Positions 8,708 to 20,200 are shown, counted from the first letter of the stretch. The stretch is DNA of 64,000 nt from Terriglobia bacterium (GCA_963748015.1 CAVVHE010000009.1:352001-416000), one strand, 5' to 3'. Numbers and translations: made by a program. The notes: generated from the letters alone by a model not told the origin.

Positions 8708-9297
8708 CGGCGCCTCCCCTCGCGCACCCAGTACGGGTGACCGTGGACGGTCTTCCGGGAAACGGCCCCTTCCGCGACGAGGTCGCGGAGCTCGATGAGA
8801 AAGCGCGCGAGACGGCGGTCGCGGTCGCCGAGCACGATTCCCTCGCGGGCGACCTCGAGCCAGATCCCGCCGGCATCGCTTGCGGACGCCGGAAGCGCCA
8901 CGAACTGGGGAGAGACGCGACGGTCGTCGCTCCTCCCTCCCGACGTCACGATCTCGTCCCACCGATCGTAGAGCGAGCGCTCGATCCGCGTCCCGGGCTC
9001 GAGCACGACTAGGAGATCGACGTCGGAGACGGCCGTCGCATCGCCTCTCGCCGCCGAGCCGAAGAGGGCGACACCCACGAGCTCGCCGGCCCACGAGCGC
9101 TCCACGGCGTCGAGCAAGCCCGGCTCGACCCCGGCCGTTCGGCGGACCGGCGAAGCCGCTGCCGGGGCGAGGCCCTCGTCGAGCAGGCGAACGCACAGCG
9201 CATTCAGGGACATGCCTCGATCCCGCGCACGGTCCCGCAGCCGCCGATGCAGCTCGGGCGGCACCCGGACGACGAACCTGCCGGAAAGATCGCTCAC
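8704..9297 (-). CDS. HicB-like ribbon-helix-helix domain fused to minimal nucleotidyltransferase (MNT antitoxin)
   Basis: SGRFVVRVPPELHRRL...GMSLNALC (RHH) followed by LFGSAARG...SDVDLLVV (GS/DxD). Confidence 0.85.
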   Translation of the reverse strand: MSDLSGRFVVRVPPELHRRLRDRARDRGMSLNALCVRLLDEGLAPAAASPVRRTAGVEPGLLDAVERSWAGELVGVALFGSAARGDATAVSDVDLLVVLEPGTRIERSLYDRWDEIVTSGGRSDDRRVSPQFVALPASASDAGGIWLEVAREGIVLGDRDRRLARFLIELRDLVAEGAVSRKTVHGHPYWVREGRRR

Positions 9298-9300
9298 GAA

Positions 9301-9332
9301 ATGATACTACAATGATACTATCATCGTGTCAA
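9301..9332 (-). promoter_or_regulatory. sigma70 promoter, probably leaderless, with autoregulatory repeats for the MNT-HEPN operon
   Basis: TTGACA-17-TAGTAT ends ~6 nt before the GTG; ATGATACTA direct repeat (9301, 9312) and ATGATA-C-TATCAT palindrome. Confidence 0.7.
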
Positions 9333-9652
9333 GCGGTACCACCGCAAGAGGGAGGCTCGCCGCCACCGGGTCCGCGGGCGAGCAGGAGGGTCGTCGTCTG
9401 CGTTTCTGCGGAGATGAGTACTCGAACGGCGCATGGCGGACGCGAGATCGTGGAATGTGCGTCGGTGAGCCGAATCTCCCGGAAAGGGTGTCATAACCGG
9501 TCACCCTGTCTCGGATCACGTCGACAAGGCGCGCTTCCTTCGCGGCGCGGGGGAGCGAGACGCTACCCCACAATCTCGCGTCCACCCCGCGGAAGGCGAG
9601 GTGGTGATCGACGGCGTATGATCCCCTTCCTGTTGGAGAACCCGAGCAAACC

Positions 9653-10441
9653 ATGCGGACGGCTCGATGGATCGCTCGCATCGCCTTGTCGCTCGCGGCT
9701 TCGGCCGGCTTGGCGATGGCAGAGGCGCCGGCCTGTCCGTTCTCGCGATCCAAGCCGTGCATCGTCGATCTTCACGGCCCGGGAGCTCCGTCCGCAAGCG
9801 CCGAGTGCGAATCCCCCGAGTGGAAGAAGATCCTGACCTTCACGCTCCCCGGACGCATCCAGGACGCCAACGGCGACGGGTGGAGCGAGACGGTGATGGA
9901 GGTCGAGCTCGATCCGACGGCCGGCTGCGGGTGCGCGACCTTTCGCGTGTACTTCGAGGAGCCCGTGCGCTCTTTCTCCGTCAACATCGGCGATTCTCCG
10001 ACGAACAACGGCTACGGGGGCGACGAGGGAACGACCTTTCGCGAGGCCGAGATGGAGCTCAGGGGCTCGACGCTGCGTGTCTATTCGGCTTCGAAGCACC
10101 CCGGATCGGGCATCGTCGACAAGATCCTGGAGATGGAGCTGCCACGACTCTCCGGCCGGTTCACGGATATCGAGGTCTGCGATCAGTCCCTGGGCTTCTC
10201 GATGCCGGGCGGTCTCGCGGACGGGCGGGAGATGCACTGGAAGGTCCAGACACCCACCTCCGGGATGCTGTACGACCTGTTTCCCCGGACCGCGCGGGAT
10301 GCACTTCCCGGCGCGAAGAAACGGGACGCGGGAATCTACGCTGCCTTCAACCGCGTCATCCACGACAAGTCGGGATCTCCGCGGCCCGCGACCCGCTTCG
10401 GAACCGGCGTCCGGCGCATCGAGGTGCGCCTCTCGCCGTGA
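9653..10441 (+). CDS. Secreted hypothetical protein (IGDSPTNNGYGGD motif)
   Basis: Signal-peptide-like N-terminus, GGAG-like RBS, coherent 262-aa globular sequence with several Cys. Confidence 0.7.
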   Translation: MRTARWIARIALSLAASAGLAMAEAPACPFSRSKPCIVDLHGPGAPSASAECESPEWKKILTFTLPGRIQDANGDGWSETVMEVELDPTAGCGCATFRVYFEEPVRSFSVNIGDSPTNNGYGGDEGTTFREAEMELRGSTLRVYSASKHPGSGIVDKILEMELPRLSGRFTDIEVCDQSLGFSMPGGLADGREMHWKVQTPTSGMLYDLFPRTARDALPGAKKRDAGIYAAFNRVIHDKSGSPRPATRFGTGVRRIEVRLSP

Positions 10442-10457
10442 GGAGGTCCGGACCTGC

Positions 10458-13274
10458 TCATTCTCCGAGGGTGGCCATCCACACGTCACGGCCTGTTGAC
10501 GAGAGCACCTCGTAAAGAGTGCCGCCGTCGCGAGACAAACCGATCGAGCCGGCCAGATCGCTCGGCTCCACTCCTTGGATTACCGTCGCCTCGCCGGTGA
10601 CGACGTCGAGCGCCAGCACCTTCCTGCCATCGATGAAGAGCAGTCTCCGACCGCCCGGCATCCACAAGGGATCCCGCCCCGACCTCGTCAGCCGTCTGTA
10701 CCGCCGATCGCGGGTCGAGTAGACCGCGATCCCTCCCATGGTGCCGGCGATCTCGTTCCCGTCCGCGGACCAGGACCATGGCACGAAGGCAGGCTCTCCC
10801 GGCCCGGGGGCCGGGAGCGGCTCGACCGCGCTCTCCTCCGAGCGCGCGCTTTCTCGGGCCAAGTACGCGCCTTGACCGGGCGAGCTGAACGCGATGGTCT
10901 TCCCGTCCGGCGACCAGACGGGTTTCAGCGCGTCCCCGTGCGGCGCCCCCGCGTATCGCCTGAGCTCCGAGCCGTCCGGCCGGATCGTCCAGATCGCCAT
11001 GGTCCCGTCGCGATCCGAATGGAACGCGATCCGGTCGCCGAGTGGCGACCACCGCGGAGCGCCGTCCCGAAAGGGATCGTCCGTGAGAAACCGCGGTTCG
11101 AGGCTCCCGTCCGAGGTCATCACCGCGATGTCTTCCTGAGGCGACAGCGCCTGCGCGACCAGGATCCGCCCGTCCGGGGAAGGATCGGGTGAGAGGATCA
11201 CCGCCGGGTGGCGGGGAAACGCAACCGCCGGGCCCGCCGGCGCGACTCGGGCCGGGTCGAGAGGCACTCGATGCAACCGTCCCTGCTCGGCCGTTTCCAG
11301 GACCACGAGGCGCCGGCCGTCGGCGGACATCGAGGAGAAGAACTCCTTGGCGAAGGCGGCGGTCGAGACGGCCACGGGGGCGCCGAGCGGGCGGCCGGTG
11401 GATTCCTCCACGCCGATGCTCCACAGGCCCAGTCGGCCGTTCCTCTCGCTGCCGAACAGCAACCGCGTGCCGCCCGAGGCCCACACGGGACTCCAGTCGG
11501 GCTCGGCGTCATCCGTGACGTGCAGGAGTCCGCCGCCGTCGGGAGCCACGGTCCACAGGTCGGTCTGGCCTCCGCTCAGCGAGGTGAAGGCGATCCGGGA
11601 GCCATGGGGGGACCAGGATGGAGCGGTGACGTTCATGTTGCGAAGAGTCCGGACCCGTCTCGATCCGAGGTTGACCACCGCGAGCCGACCGGCCTCTCCG
11701 TGGGAAACGGGACTCGAATCGACGCCTGACTTGTAAGCGACGGCGATCTCCCGGCCGTCCGGCGACCACGAGAGCGCTCCGGTCGGGGAGGGGATCGTGC
11801 GCAGCGTCCCATCGGCGAGGCTCGCCAACGCGAGCGCCGGACGCCCGTCCTGGGTGGTGCCGAACGCGACGCTCCGTCCGTCCGGAGAAATCGCGGGAGT
11901 GCTTCCCTCGGGCCTACCGCAGCTCAGGCAGGAGGGCTCGCCCGAGGGGAGATCCTGCACGTAGACGTCCCATCTTGTCGAACCGGTTCGCGACATGTAG
12001 GCCAGCCTGCTCCCGTCCGGCGCGATCGAGAGCAGCGCTTTCTGGAGCGGGGTGTGATTGACGAGAGTGAAGACGAGAGGCGAGGCGATCGGCGCGACGG
12101 CGGGGTGCAGGGGTTCCCGCGAGGGGCGCCACCTCGAAGCGATCAGGATTACTCCCGCAAGAGCCACAGCGCCGGCGGCCAAGAGCGCCATGCGCGTCCT
12201 CGTCACGACTCTTCCGGCACGCCCGGGGGCCGCGGCGAGCGCCTCGCCCCTCGCGAAACGCGCGAGGTCGTCCACCAGCTCCGACGCGCGCTGATAGCGC
12301 TCCTCGGGGCGCCGCGCCATCGCGCGCTCGCAGATTCGGACCAGCGCGGTGGGTACGTCCGGGCGGCGCTCTGCCAACGTCGCGGGCGGTCCCGCCAGGA
12401 CCCGCGCGAGGACGGCCGAAGGGATGCCCGGGTCGTACGGGCCGCGCCCGCACAGAACGGCGTAGAGGACCGCGCCCAGGCTGTAGATATCGCTCCGGCG
12501 GTCGGGCGGCGCGCCGAGAGCCTGCTCCGGGGGGATGTAGGCCGGTGTGCCGAGCACGTGGTGGGGCAGCGTGAAGGACTCGGCCAACACCTCGTGAACG
12601 AGACCGAAGTCGGTCAGGCGCGGCCGCCCATCCGCTCCGAGCAGTACGTTCTCGGGCTTGATGTCCCGGTGGATGAGCCCCTCTCCGTGCGCGTAATCGA
12701 GCGCGCCGCCCACCTCGGCGACGAGACCCGCCGCGCGGCGCGGCTCGATGGGCCCGCGCGCGAGCTCCTCGGCCAGCGAGCATCCCTCGACGAGCTCCAT
12801 CGCGAAGTAGAGGACCCCTTCCGCCCGGCCGCTCGTGATCACGGAGACGATCCCGGGATGCCGGAGCCGGCCGGCGGCGCGGGCTTCCCGCAGGAATCGC
12901 ACCGCGAGCCGCTCGTCGAGCGCCGCGCCGGCCGGGAGGATCTTCAGCGCGACCCGCCGGTCGAGCGACTCCTGATGGGCCTCGAAAACGACCCCCATAC
13001 CTCCGCGGCCGATCTCGCGCACGAGCCGGAATTCGCCGAGCCGCTCGCCGCCCGGCAAATTGGGCGCGAGCGCGTCGTCCACCGCGCGCGCCTCCTGCGC
13101 CATCGGCTCGGCCAGCTCGCGCGCCACCATGCCGCTGTCAACGAGCGCGTCGACGAGCGAGATGTCGGCGCTCGAGGCCTCCTTGATCCTGGCGCACTTC
13201 TCGATCAGCTCGCGGGAGGCGATACCGCGCGCGACCAGGATCTCGCTCAGGATTCTCTCTTCACGCGAGAGCAT
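10458..13274 (-). CDS. Membrane Hanks-type Ser/Thr kinase with extracytoplasmic TolB/PD40 beta-propeller
   Basis: GRGGMGVV, VALK, HRDIKPEN, DFG motifs; one TM segment; repeated WSPDG. Confidence 0.92.
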   Translation of the reverse strand: MLSREERILSEILVARGIASRELIEKCARIKEASSADISLVDALVDSGMVARELAEPMAQEARAVDDALAPNLPGGERLGEFRLVREIGRGGMGVVFEAHQESLDRRVALKILPAGAALDERLAVRFLREARAAGRLRHPGIVSVITSGRAEGVLYFAMELVEGCSLAEELARGPIEPRRAAGLVAEVGGALDYAHGEGLIHRDIKPENVLLGADGRPRLTDFGLVHEVLAESFTLPHHVLGTPAYIPPEQALGAPPDRRSDIYSLGAVLYAVLCGRGPYDPGIPSAVLARVLAGPPATLAERRPDVPTALVRICERAMARRPEERYQRASELVDDLARFARGEALAAAPGRAGRVVTRTRMALLAAGAVALAGVILIASRWRPSREPLHPAVAPIASPLVFTLVNHTPLQKALLSIAPDGSRLAYMSRTGSTRWDVYVQDLPSGEPSCLSCGRPEGSTPAISPDGRSVAFGTTQDGRPALALASLADGTLRTIPSPTGALSWSPDGREIAVAYKSGVDSSPVSHGEAGRLAVVNLGSRRVRTLRNMNVTAPSWSPHGSRIAFTSLSGGQTDLWTVAPDGGGLLHVTDDAEPDWSPVWASGGTRLLFGSERNGRLGLWSIGVEESTGRPLGAPVAVSTAAFAKEFFSSMSADGRRLVVLETAEQGRLHRVPLDPARVAPAGPAVAFPRHPAVILSPDPSPDGRILVAQALSPQEDIAVMTSDGSLEPRFLTDDPFRDGAPRWSPLGDRIAFHSDRDGTMAIWTIRPDGSELRRYAGAPHGDALKPVWSPDGKTIAFSSPGQGAYLARESARSEESAVEPLPAPGPGEPAFVPWSWSADGNEIAGTMGGIAVYSTRDRRYRRLTRSGRDPLWMPGGRRLLFIDGRKVLALDVVTGEATVIQGVEPSDLAGSIGLSRDGGTLYEVLSSTGRDVWMATLGE

Positions 13275-13307
13275 GGAATCGCCTGGGGCCCGATCGCGCC
13301 GCGACCA

Positions 13308-15401
13308 TCAACGCTCGATCGGGCTTCGGTGGCGTCGGGCGGCCCATCGGCCGTCCGCGGCCCCCGGCGACGGCTCGCCGGCGCGAGGTCCGAGATCGAG
13401 ACGCTTGAGCTTCATGTAGAGCGTCGAGCGGTCCACTCCGAGGATCCGCGCCGCCTCGGCCTTGTTTCCCCGGGCCGCCACCATGGCCCGCTCGATCGCG
13501 GCGTCCTCTGCGTCCTGGAGGGTGCCCGCACGGCCCCCGCGCGGGCCGGGCGCGACGCACTCGGGAGGCAGGTGCTCCTCGCCTATCTCGTCCACCCGCA
13601 GGACGGCCAGCCGGCGCAGCACGTTCTGCAGCTCCCGCACGTTGCCGGGCCATGGATAGCCCAGCAGCCGGCGCATGGCCTTCGCCGAGAATCTCGGCGG
13701 AGGGCGATCCGGAACGATCCCCGGCATGAGCTCCGCGATCAGGGCCGGGATGTCGTCGGCCCGCTCGCGAAGCGGAGGAAGCCGCAGGCTCAGAACGTTC
13801 AAGCGGAAGAACAGATCCTGCCGGAACTCGCCCCGGCGGACCATCGAGTCGAGGTCGCGATGCGTCGCGGCGATGATGCGCACGTCCACGTGGATCGTCT
13901 CGCGCCCGCCGACACGTCGCATCTCCCCCGACTGGAGCACGCGCAGTAGGTCGGCCTGCATTCTCGGACTCATGTCCCCGACCTCGTCCAGGAACAGCGT
14001 GCCGCGGTGAGCGATCTCGAACAGGCCCGGCCGGGTCCTCTCGGCGCCCGTGAAAGCCCCGCGCTCGTGACCGAACAGCTCGCTTTCGAGAAGCGTCTCC
14101 GCCATGCCGGCGCAATTGGCCGCGACGAACTCCTTCTTGCGGCGGGGGCCGCGGGAGTGGATGAGGTGGGCGGCCATCTCCTTGCCCGAGCCCGTTTCGC
14201 CGAGGAGGATCACCGGCATCTCGGTCGGGACGATCAGGTCGAGTCTCCTGTAGACCTCCTGCATGGCGTCCGACGCGCCTACGAGACCCTCGTAACGCTG
14301 GCGCCTCTCGTCCTCCGTGTGGTGGCGGCGGATGGTCTCCTCGGCGGCCTCGAGCGCTCGCGTCTTCGCCTGGTGCTCCTTGGCATTGGCGAGAGCCCCC
14401 GCCGACTGCGCCGCGAAGAGGTCGAGGAGCTGAATCGTCGCCTCTGCGAAGACGTGCGAAGGGTCCCTCGTATCGAGATAGAGCACGCCGAAGGCGGCCC
14501 GCTCGTGGACGAGCGGAACGCAGGCGACCGACAGGGCCCCGATCTCGGCGAGGCTGCGGTTGAACGTGGTCTCGGAATAACTGTCGGACACCGACAGCAC
14601 GACGCTCTTCTGCTCCCCTACGACCTTCCGGATGAGGGTGCGGCTCACCTCGAACGAGGGCTGTTCGATCTCGGACCAGTCCAAGTTCTCGGCGAGGGCG
14701 AACTCGTTCTCCTCTCCCTGGACCGTCACGACGAAGCCCCGCTGAGCACCGGCCAACTCGATGGCTTCGTGCAGGACGATGCGCAGCACCTGGTCCGGAT
14801 CGTCCTCGGTCGCTAGCCGCTTGCCGAGCTCGACCAGGCGAAGCAGCGAGCGCCTATCGATCCCGGGATTGCTCGGGGTGCCCGGCTGGGCGGCGTTCGC
14901 GCCTTTCGCCGGGGAAGGGTTGTCGCGCTCGGCGGCCGCCTGTCCTGGTTCCGCGTCGCGGCCACTCCCCCGCATCGACGCGCGGCGCAGCGATTCGACC
15001 TCGTCGGTGATGAGGCGGGACAAGGTGTCGGCGCTCGGTCCCCGGCCCTCCGGCCTCGCTCGAAACGCCTCGATCGCTCGTGACAGGAGGGTCGAGGCGG
15101 TGACGAAATCGCCGTCGTCCCGGGCCAGACGGGCAAGGTCCACCTGGGCCCGCCACGCCGTGTCCCCCCCGGCGGATCCCAGGTCTTCCAGAATCTCCGC
15201 CGCCCGTTCCCGGTAGGCGGGGTCGTTCCGGGCCAACAGGATGCGGGCTCGCAGCAGGTCCCGCGCGCCGCAGGAGCAGCGCCCGGCGTCTGCCGCGTCG
15301 CCCGCGCACGATTCGAGGAGCCGAAGCCCCTCCGCGGCTAGTCCGCGCAGCGCCAGCGAGCACGCCTCCTGCAAGATCAGGTCGTCGTTTGCGTCGGCCA
15401 A
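13308..15401 (-). CDS. GAF-domain sigma54-dependent activator with N-terminal TPR-like region (start uncertain; TTG 15401 preferred)
   Basis: GAF region, GETGSGKE, ESELFGHERGAFTGA, WPGNVREL, Fis-type HTH. Confidence 0.88.
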   Translation of the reverse strand: MADANDDLILQEACSLALRGLAAEGLRLLESCAGDAADAGRCSCGARDLLRARILLARNDPAYRERAAEILEDLGSAGGDTAWRAQVDLARLARDDGDFVTASTLLSRAIEAFRARPEGRGPSADTLSRLITDEVESLRRASMRGSGRDAEPGQAAAERDNPSPAKGANAAQPGTPSNPGIDRRSLLRLVELGKRLATEDDPDQVLRIVLHEAIELAGAQRGFVVTVQGEENEFALAENLDWSEIEQPSFEVSRTLIRKVVGEQKSVVLSVSDSYSETTFNRSLAEIGALSVACVPLVHERAAFGVLYLDTRDPSHVFAEATIQLLDLFAAQSAGALANAKEHQAKTRALEAAEETIRRHHTEDERRQRYEGLVGASDAMQEVYRRLDLIVPTEMPVILLGETGSGKEMAAHLIHSRGPRRKKEFVAANCAGMAETLLESELFGHERGAFTGAERTRPGLFEIAHRGTLFLDEVGDMSPRMQADLLRVLQSGEMRRVGGRETIHVDVRIIAATHRDLDSMVRRGEFRQDLFFRLNVLSLRLPPLRERADDIPALIAELMPGIVPDRPPPRFSAKAMRRLLGYPWPGNVRELQNVLRRLAVLRVDEIGEEHLPPECVAPGPRGGRAGTLQDAEDAAIERAMVAARGNKAEAARILGVDRSTLYMKLKRLDLGPRAGEPSPGAADGRWAARRHRSPIER

Positions 15402-15470
15402 TTGTCTTCCCCGCCCGAAGGTTCGACCCGAGGCTAATACGCCAAAGGCGATCGTTTGTCTACCAATTCC

Positions 15471-15505
15471 TGTGGAGAAATCCTTCATCGTGGGATTCCC
15501 CCACG
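15471..15505. promoter_or_regulatory. Two tandem 17-bp palindromes, candidate enhancer (UAS) sites
   Basis: TGTGGAGAAATCCTTCA and CGTGGGATTCCCCCACG at 18-bp spacing, ~155-190 bp upstream of a -24/-12 element. Confidence 0.5.
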
Positions 15506-15658
15506 CCGATGCGCGTTCCGGTTCCAGCCTGACCCGTGGACAACCGCGAGCCGCGTGGGCAAACCGCCGCACCACAAGTCAAGTGAACAAAGGAGCTACG
15601 CAAGCCGAGTCGGTCCAGGGCGGGCCCCTCGATCGTTCTGGATCGCGTTCCTCGCGAC

Positions 15659-15674
15659 GGGCATGGGCCTTGCG
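15659..15674 (+). promoter_or_regulatory. sigma54 (-24/-12) promoter
   Basis: GGGCATGGGCCTTGCG fits GG-N10-GC with GGCA and TTGC; divergent from the sigma54 activator gene. Confidence 0.65.
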
Positions 15675-15824
15675 GTTGGGAACCTCGGGCGGAACGAAAG
15701 GGTGGCGAACATGCAGGGGAGCTTCGAGCGAATCGGGTCCGATTCCACGCACGGCCGTTTGAGGCGCCGGCAGGTCTCCCGTCTCGCGAGGACCCGTCGA
15801 CGCCCTGCTCCCATGGAAGGGAGG

Positions 15825-17030
15825 ATGGCGAGAACCGCTCGAAGCGTCTTCGCTCGACTCCGCTCTCCGAGCCTCGCGGGTAGCGCGACGTTGGCCGTAG
15901 GAGCCGCCTGGGCACAGGTCCCGCAGGTGATCACGTACCAGGGGCGCCTGTCCCACGCCGGGGGATTGCAGCCGGTCACCGGCTGCCCCGACATGACGTT
16001 TCGCATCTACACCTGGATGAACGGCTCGACCGCGCTCCGGACCGAGCCGTACTCCGGGCCGAGCCGCGTCCAGATCAGGAACGGGGAGCTCGGCATGGAT
16101 TTGGGCAGCCTGGTCACGTTCGCATCGGCGGGGCTCCTCTTCGACCAGCCGTACTACCTGGGGATGCAGATCCTTCCGGACAGCGAGATGAGCCCGCGCA
16201 AGCCCTCTACGAGCGGGGGCTACGCGCTCCACGCGCTGAAGGCGCAGAAGGCGGACCACGCGAGCAAATCGGACCACGCGCAGAAGTCGGATCACGCGAC
16301 CAACTCGGACAACGCGGGGCACGCGAAAAACGCGGACCAGGCTCAGAACGCGGACACGCTCGACTCGACGGCCTTTGCCCGCCTCGCTTCGGCCAACACG
16401 TTCTCGACGGGAACCCAGACGATTCAGACCGTCGCGGGTACCAAGGGTCTGGTGGTGAAGGGCGCCGCGGGCCAGACCGCAGCGCTCCTGGGGTGGCAGG
16501 ATAGCGCCGGAGCCGTGCGCGGCTCCATCAGCGTGGTCGGCCAGATCACGGGATCCGGAACGGCGCTCTCCGACCTCAAAGCGAACCTGCCGTCGAGCGG
16601 AACCCTGTCGGAAGCCCGGCTCGCCGGAACCTACTCCGGGGCCCTCACGCTCTCGAGCGCCGCCAACAGATACGCCGGCAGCGGTGCAGGACCAACGGGG
16701 CTCAGCGCGTCCAACCTCGCGACGGGAACGCTCCCGAGCGCCAGGCTCTCCGGCACCTATTCCAGCGCCGTGACCCTCTCGGACCCGGCGGACAGCTTCA
16801 GCGGGGACGGCTCCCTGCTGACAGGGGTCGTCGCGCTCGTGTTCGTAGATGGAGGCGGTTGGATTGGCCACATCACGAGGGCGGCGGGATTCGGGAGAGC
16901 AACGTCGGCGCGGCTCGGAGGTTGCATGAACGCCAGAAATGCAACGGCGAATCGGTGGAACCGGCCAAGAGCGCGAGGCACCGGCGCGTTCGGCGCGGTC
17001 CTCGTTGGACGAACTCAGGGGGTACGGTGA
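15825..17030 (+). CDS. Secreted fibre-like protein, probably degenerate or truncated
   Basis: GGAGG RBS, signal peptide, [12 protein letters not shown]...FDQPYYLG...EMSPR...YAL head; 6-aa A..(S/A)DH repeats; GTLxxARLxGTYSxAxTLS repeats; tail after ~16830 looks non-coding. Confidence 0.6.
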   Translation: MARTARSVFARLRSPSLAGSATLAVGAAWAQVPQVITYQGRLSHAGGLQPVTGCPDMTFRIYTWMNGSTALRTEPYSGPSRVQIRNGELGMDLGSLVTFASAGLLFDQPYYLGMQILPDSEMSPRKPSTSGGYALHALKAQKADHASKSDHAQKSDHATNSDNAGHAKNADQAQNADTLDSTAFARLASANTFSTGTQTIQTVAGTKGLVVKGAAGQTAALLGWQDSAGAVRGSISVVGQITGSGTALSDLKANLPSSGTLSEARLAGTYSGALTLSSAANRYAGSGAGPTGLSASNLATGTLPSARLSGTYSSAVTLSDPADSFSGDGSLLTGVVALVFVDGGGWIGHITRAAGFGRATSARLGGCMNARNATANRWNRPRARGTGAFGAVLVGRTQGVR

Positions 17031-17293
17031 TGCGCTCATCTCGACTCGGTCGCGAATTCGAGGGATCGTCGCGAAGGCCCCGCCGCTCGGGAAGCTGGGG
17101 TCGTTCGAGTATCGCGGAGCTGGGAACACGAGGGACCAGCCACGAGGGAATGACGCGATTTTTCGTGATTCTCGAGGATGGATCGAGGGTCAACGGCGGG
17201 TTGGAAGCGCCGTCCGTTCGGCATGCCGCGTGGCTCGGAATCCCCTCGCCCCGCTCGGTGGGAGGACGAGACGATCCCACGAAGGGGCCAATC

Positions 17294-20200
17294 ATGCGAA
17301 AGCATCCCGCTCTGCTGTTTTTCGCCTCTCTTCTTCTGCTGCTGGGGATGTCCTCGACCGCCCTCGCGCAGAGCCCACCTCCCTACCTGCAGCAATGGGG
17401 CTCGCCGGGCGCGGGCAACGGGCAGTTCGACACGCCGCAGGAAGTAGCGATCGACAGCAACGGCAACGTTTTCGCGGCGGATTACTGGAATCGCCGCATC
17501 CAGAAGTTCTCGAGCTCGGGAACGTATCTCCTGCAGTGGGGCTCGTTCGGAGAAGAAGACGGGCAATTCTACGAGCCGTATGGAATCGCGGTGGACGACA
17601 GCGGCAACGTCTTCGTGTCGGACAACGGGCTTCACCGAGTTCAGAAGTTCACGAACAACGGGACGTTCGTCGCGACGTGGGGCTCGTACGGCACCGGCAA
17701 CGGGGAGTTCTCGGGCCCGGTCGGCATCTGTGTGGATCACGCGGGAAACGTCTATGTGGCCGAACAGTACAACAACCGCATCCAGAAATTCTCGAACGCC
17801 GGAGTGTTTGTCGCCAAGTGGGGGGCGACCGGCGTTGGCGACGGACAGTTCGTGCAGCCGTACGACGTCGCCGTGGACGCCAGCGGCAATATCTTCGTCG
17901 CGGAGCTCGGGAACAGTCGCATGCAGAAGTTGACGAGCGGTGGCGTTTTCGTCACCAAGTGGGGCGGCGCCGGCAGCGCCGACGGGCAGTTCGGGGAAGC
18001 TCGGAGCGTGGCGGTGGATTCCAGCGGTAACGTGTACGTGGCCGATGCAGGGAACAACCGGATCGAGGTGTTCACGAACGGCGGTGCGTTCATGACCCAA
18101 TGGGGCTCGCCCGGCACCGGCAACGGGCAATTCTCCCATCCTGACGGCGTGGCGACGGATGCGTCCGGCGACATCTACGTGTCCGACACCGCGAACTACC
18201 GCATCCAGGAATTCGGCCCGCTCTGTTTGGACCCGTGCAGCGACGGAAACTCGTGCACGCAGACCGACAGCTGCCAGAACGGCGTCTGCGTCGGTGGCAA
18301 CCCCGTGACCTGCACCGCGCTCGACACGTGCCACGTCGCCGGGACGTGCGACCCGGCGACGGGGGCGTGCTCGAATCCGCCGGTGCCGGACGGCACGGCG
18401 TGCACCGACGGAAACACGTGCACCGAGACCGACCGCTGCCAGGCAGGGGTTTGCCTGGGGGCTGCGATCAGTTGCGACGACGGGAATCCGTGCACCGACG
18501 ACGCATGCTCGCCGGTGTTCGATTTTGCGCCCAGGGTCGACTTCACGACCGGGAACACACCACGTTCGGTTGCGATCGGGGACGTGAACGGCGATGGGAA
18601 ATCCGACGTCGCCGTGGCCGACTACAACTCCAACACCGTTTCGGTCCTGCTGGGTGACGGGTTCGGCGGGTTCGGCCCGAAAACCGCCTTCGCAACCGGG
18701 TCTTATCCAGCTTCGGTGGCAATGGGCGACGTGAACCTCGACGGGAACACGGATCTCGTGGTGTCGAACCTACTATCCGACACGATCTCGGTGCTGCCGG
18801 GTGACGGCGCGGGCGCGTTCGGCCCGAAAACGGACTTCCCGACCGGAAGGGCTCCGTATTCCATGGTAATCGGAGACGTGAACGGTGACGGTCACTCCGA
18901 TGTCGTGGCAGCGAACATGACCTCCAATACGGTTTCGGTGCTGCTGGGCAACGGAGCCGGTGGGTTCGGCCCCAAGGCCGACTTCGCAACCGGTTCGGAG
19001 CCAGCGGCGGTCGCGATCGGCGACGTGAACCTCGACGGGAAGGCCGATCTCGTGGTGGCAAACTACATCTCGAGCACGGTGTCGGTACTGCTCGGGAACG
19101 GCGTGGGCGGATTCGGCGCCAGGACCGATTTCGTGACAGGAACTTATCCTCAGTCCGTGGCGATTGGGGACGTCAGCGGCGATGGAAAGGCCGACCTGGT
19201 CGTGGCGAATTACTTGTCCGACACGGTTTCGGTGCTGCCCGGGGACGGCGTCGGTGGGTTCGGCGCCAGGACCGACATCGCGATGGGGTCGGTCTTTCAT
19301 CCCCGATCGGTTGTGATCAGCGACCTAAACGGCGATGGTTCAGTTGATATCGTGGTGGGGAGCCAGAGCTTCAGCCTCGTGTCGGCGCTGCTGGGCGACG
19401 GTGCAGGCGGATTCGCCCCGAAGAGAGATTTCGTGGTGGCGTCGCCTCTTTTGTCGCTCGCAGTGGGAGACGTGAGCGGTGACGGAAGACTCGACGTCGT
19501 GGCGGCGAATTTCCAATCCAATACGATATCGGTGCTGCTGAATCTCACGGGTACTTGCGTCCACACAAACAACACGGGGCCGTGCGACGACAACAACGCG
19601 TGCACGCGGACGGACACCTGCCAGAGTGGCGACTGCGCGGGGTCGAACGCCGTGGTGTGCACCGCGCTCGACGCGTGCCACGCGGCCGGGATTTGCGATC
19701 CGGGGACCGGGACGTGCTCGAACCCGTCGGCGCCGGACGGCACGACGTGCAGCGACGGCGACGCGTGCACGCAAACGGACACCTGCCAGAGTGGCGCCTG
19801 CACGGGGTCGAACGCCGTGGTGTGCACCGCGCTCGACGCGTGCCACGTGGCGGGGACCTGCGACTCGGCGACGGGGACCTGCTCTCACCCGCCGGCGCCG
19901 GACGGCACGGCGTGCAACGACGGGAACGCATGCACGCAAGCCGACGCGTGCGCGGGCGGAACCTGCGCGGGATCGAATCCGGTGATCTGTACGGCACTCG
20001 ACGCGTGCCACGAGGCCGGGATTTGCGACTCGGGGACCGGGACGTGCACGAACCCGTCGGCGCCGGACGGCACGGTCTGCAACGACGGCAACTCGTGCAC
20101 GCAGACGGACGCCTGCCAGGACGGCGCTTGCACGGGATCGAGCCCCGTGGTGTGCGCCGCACTCGATGCGTGCCACGTGGCCGGGATTTGCGATCCGGGG

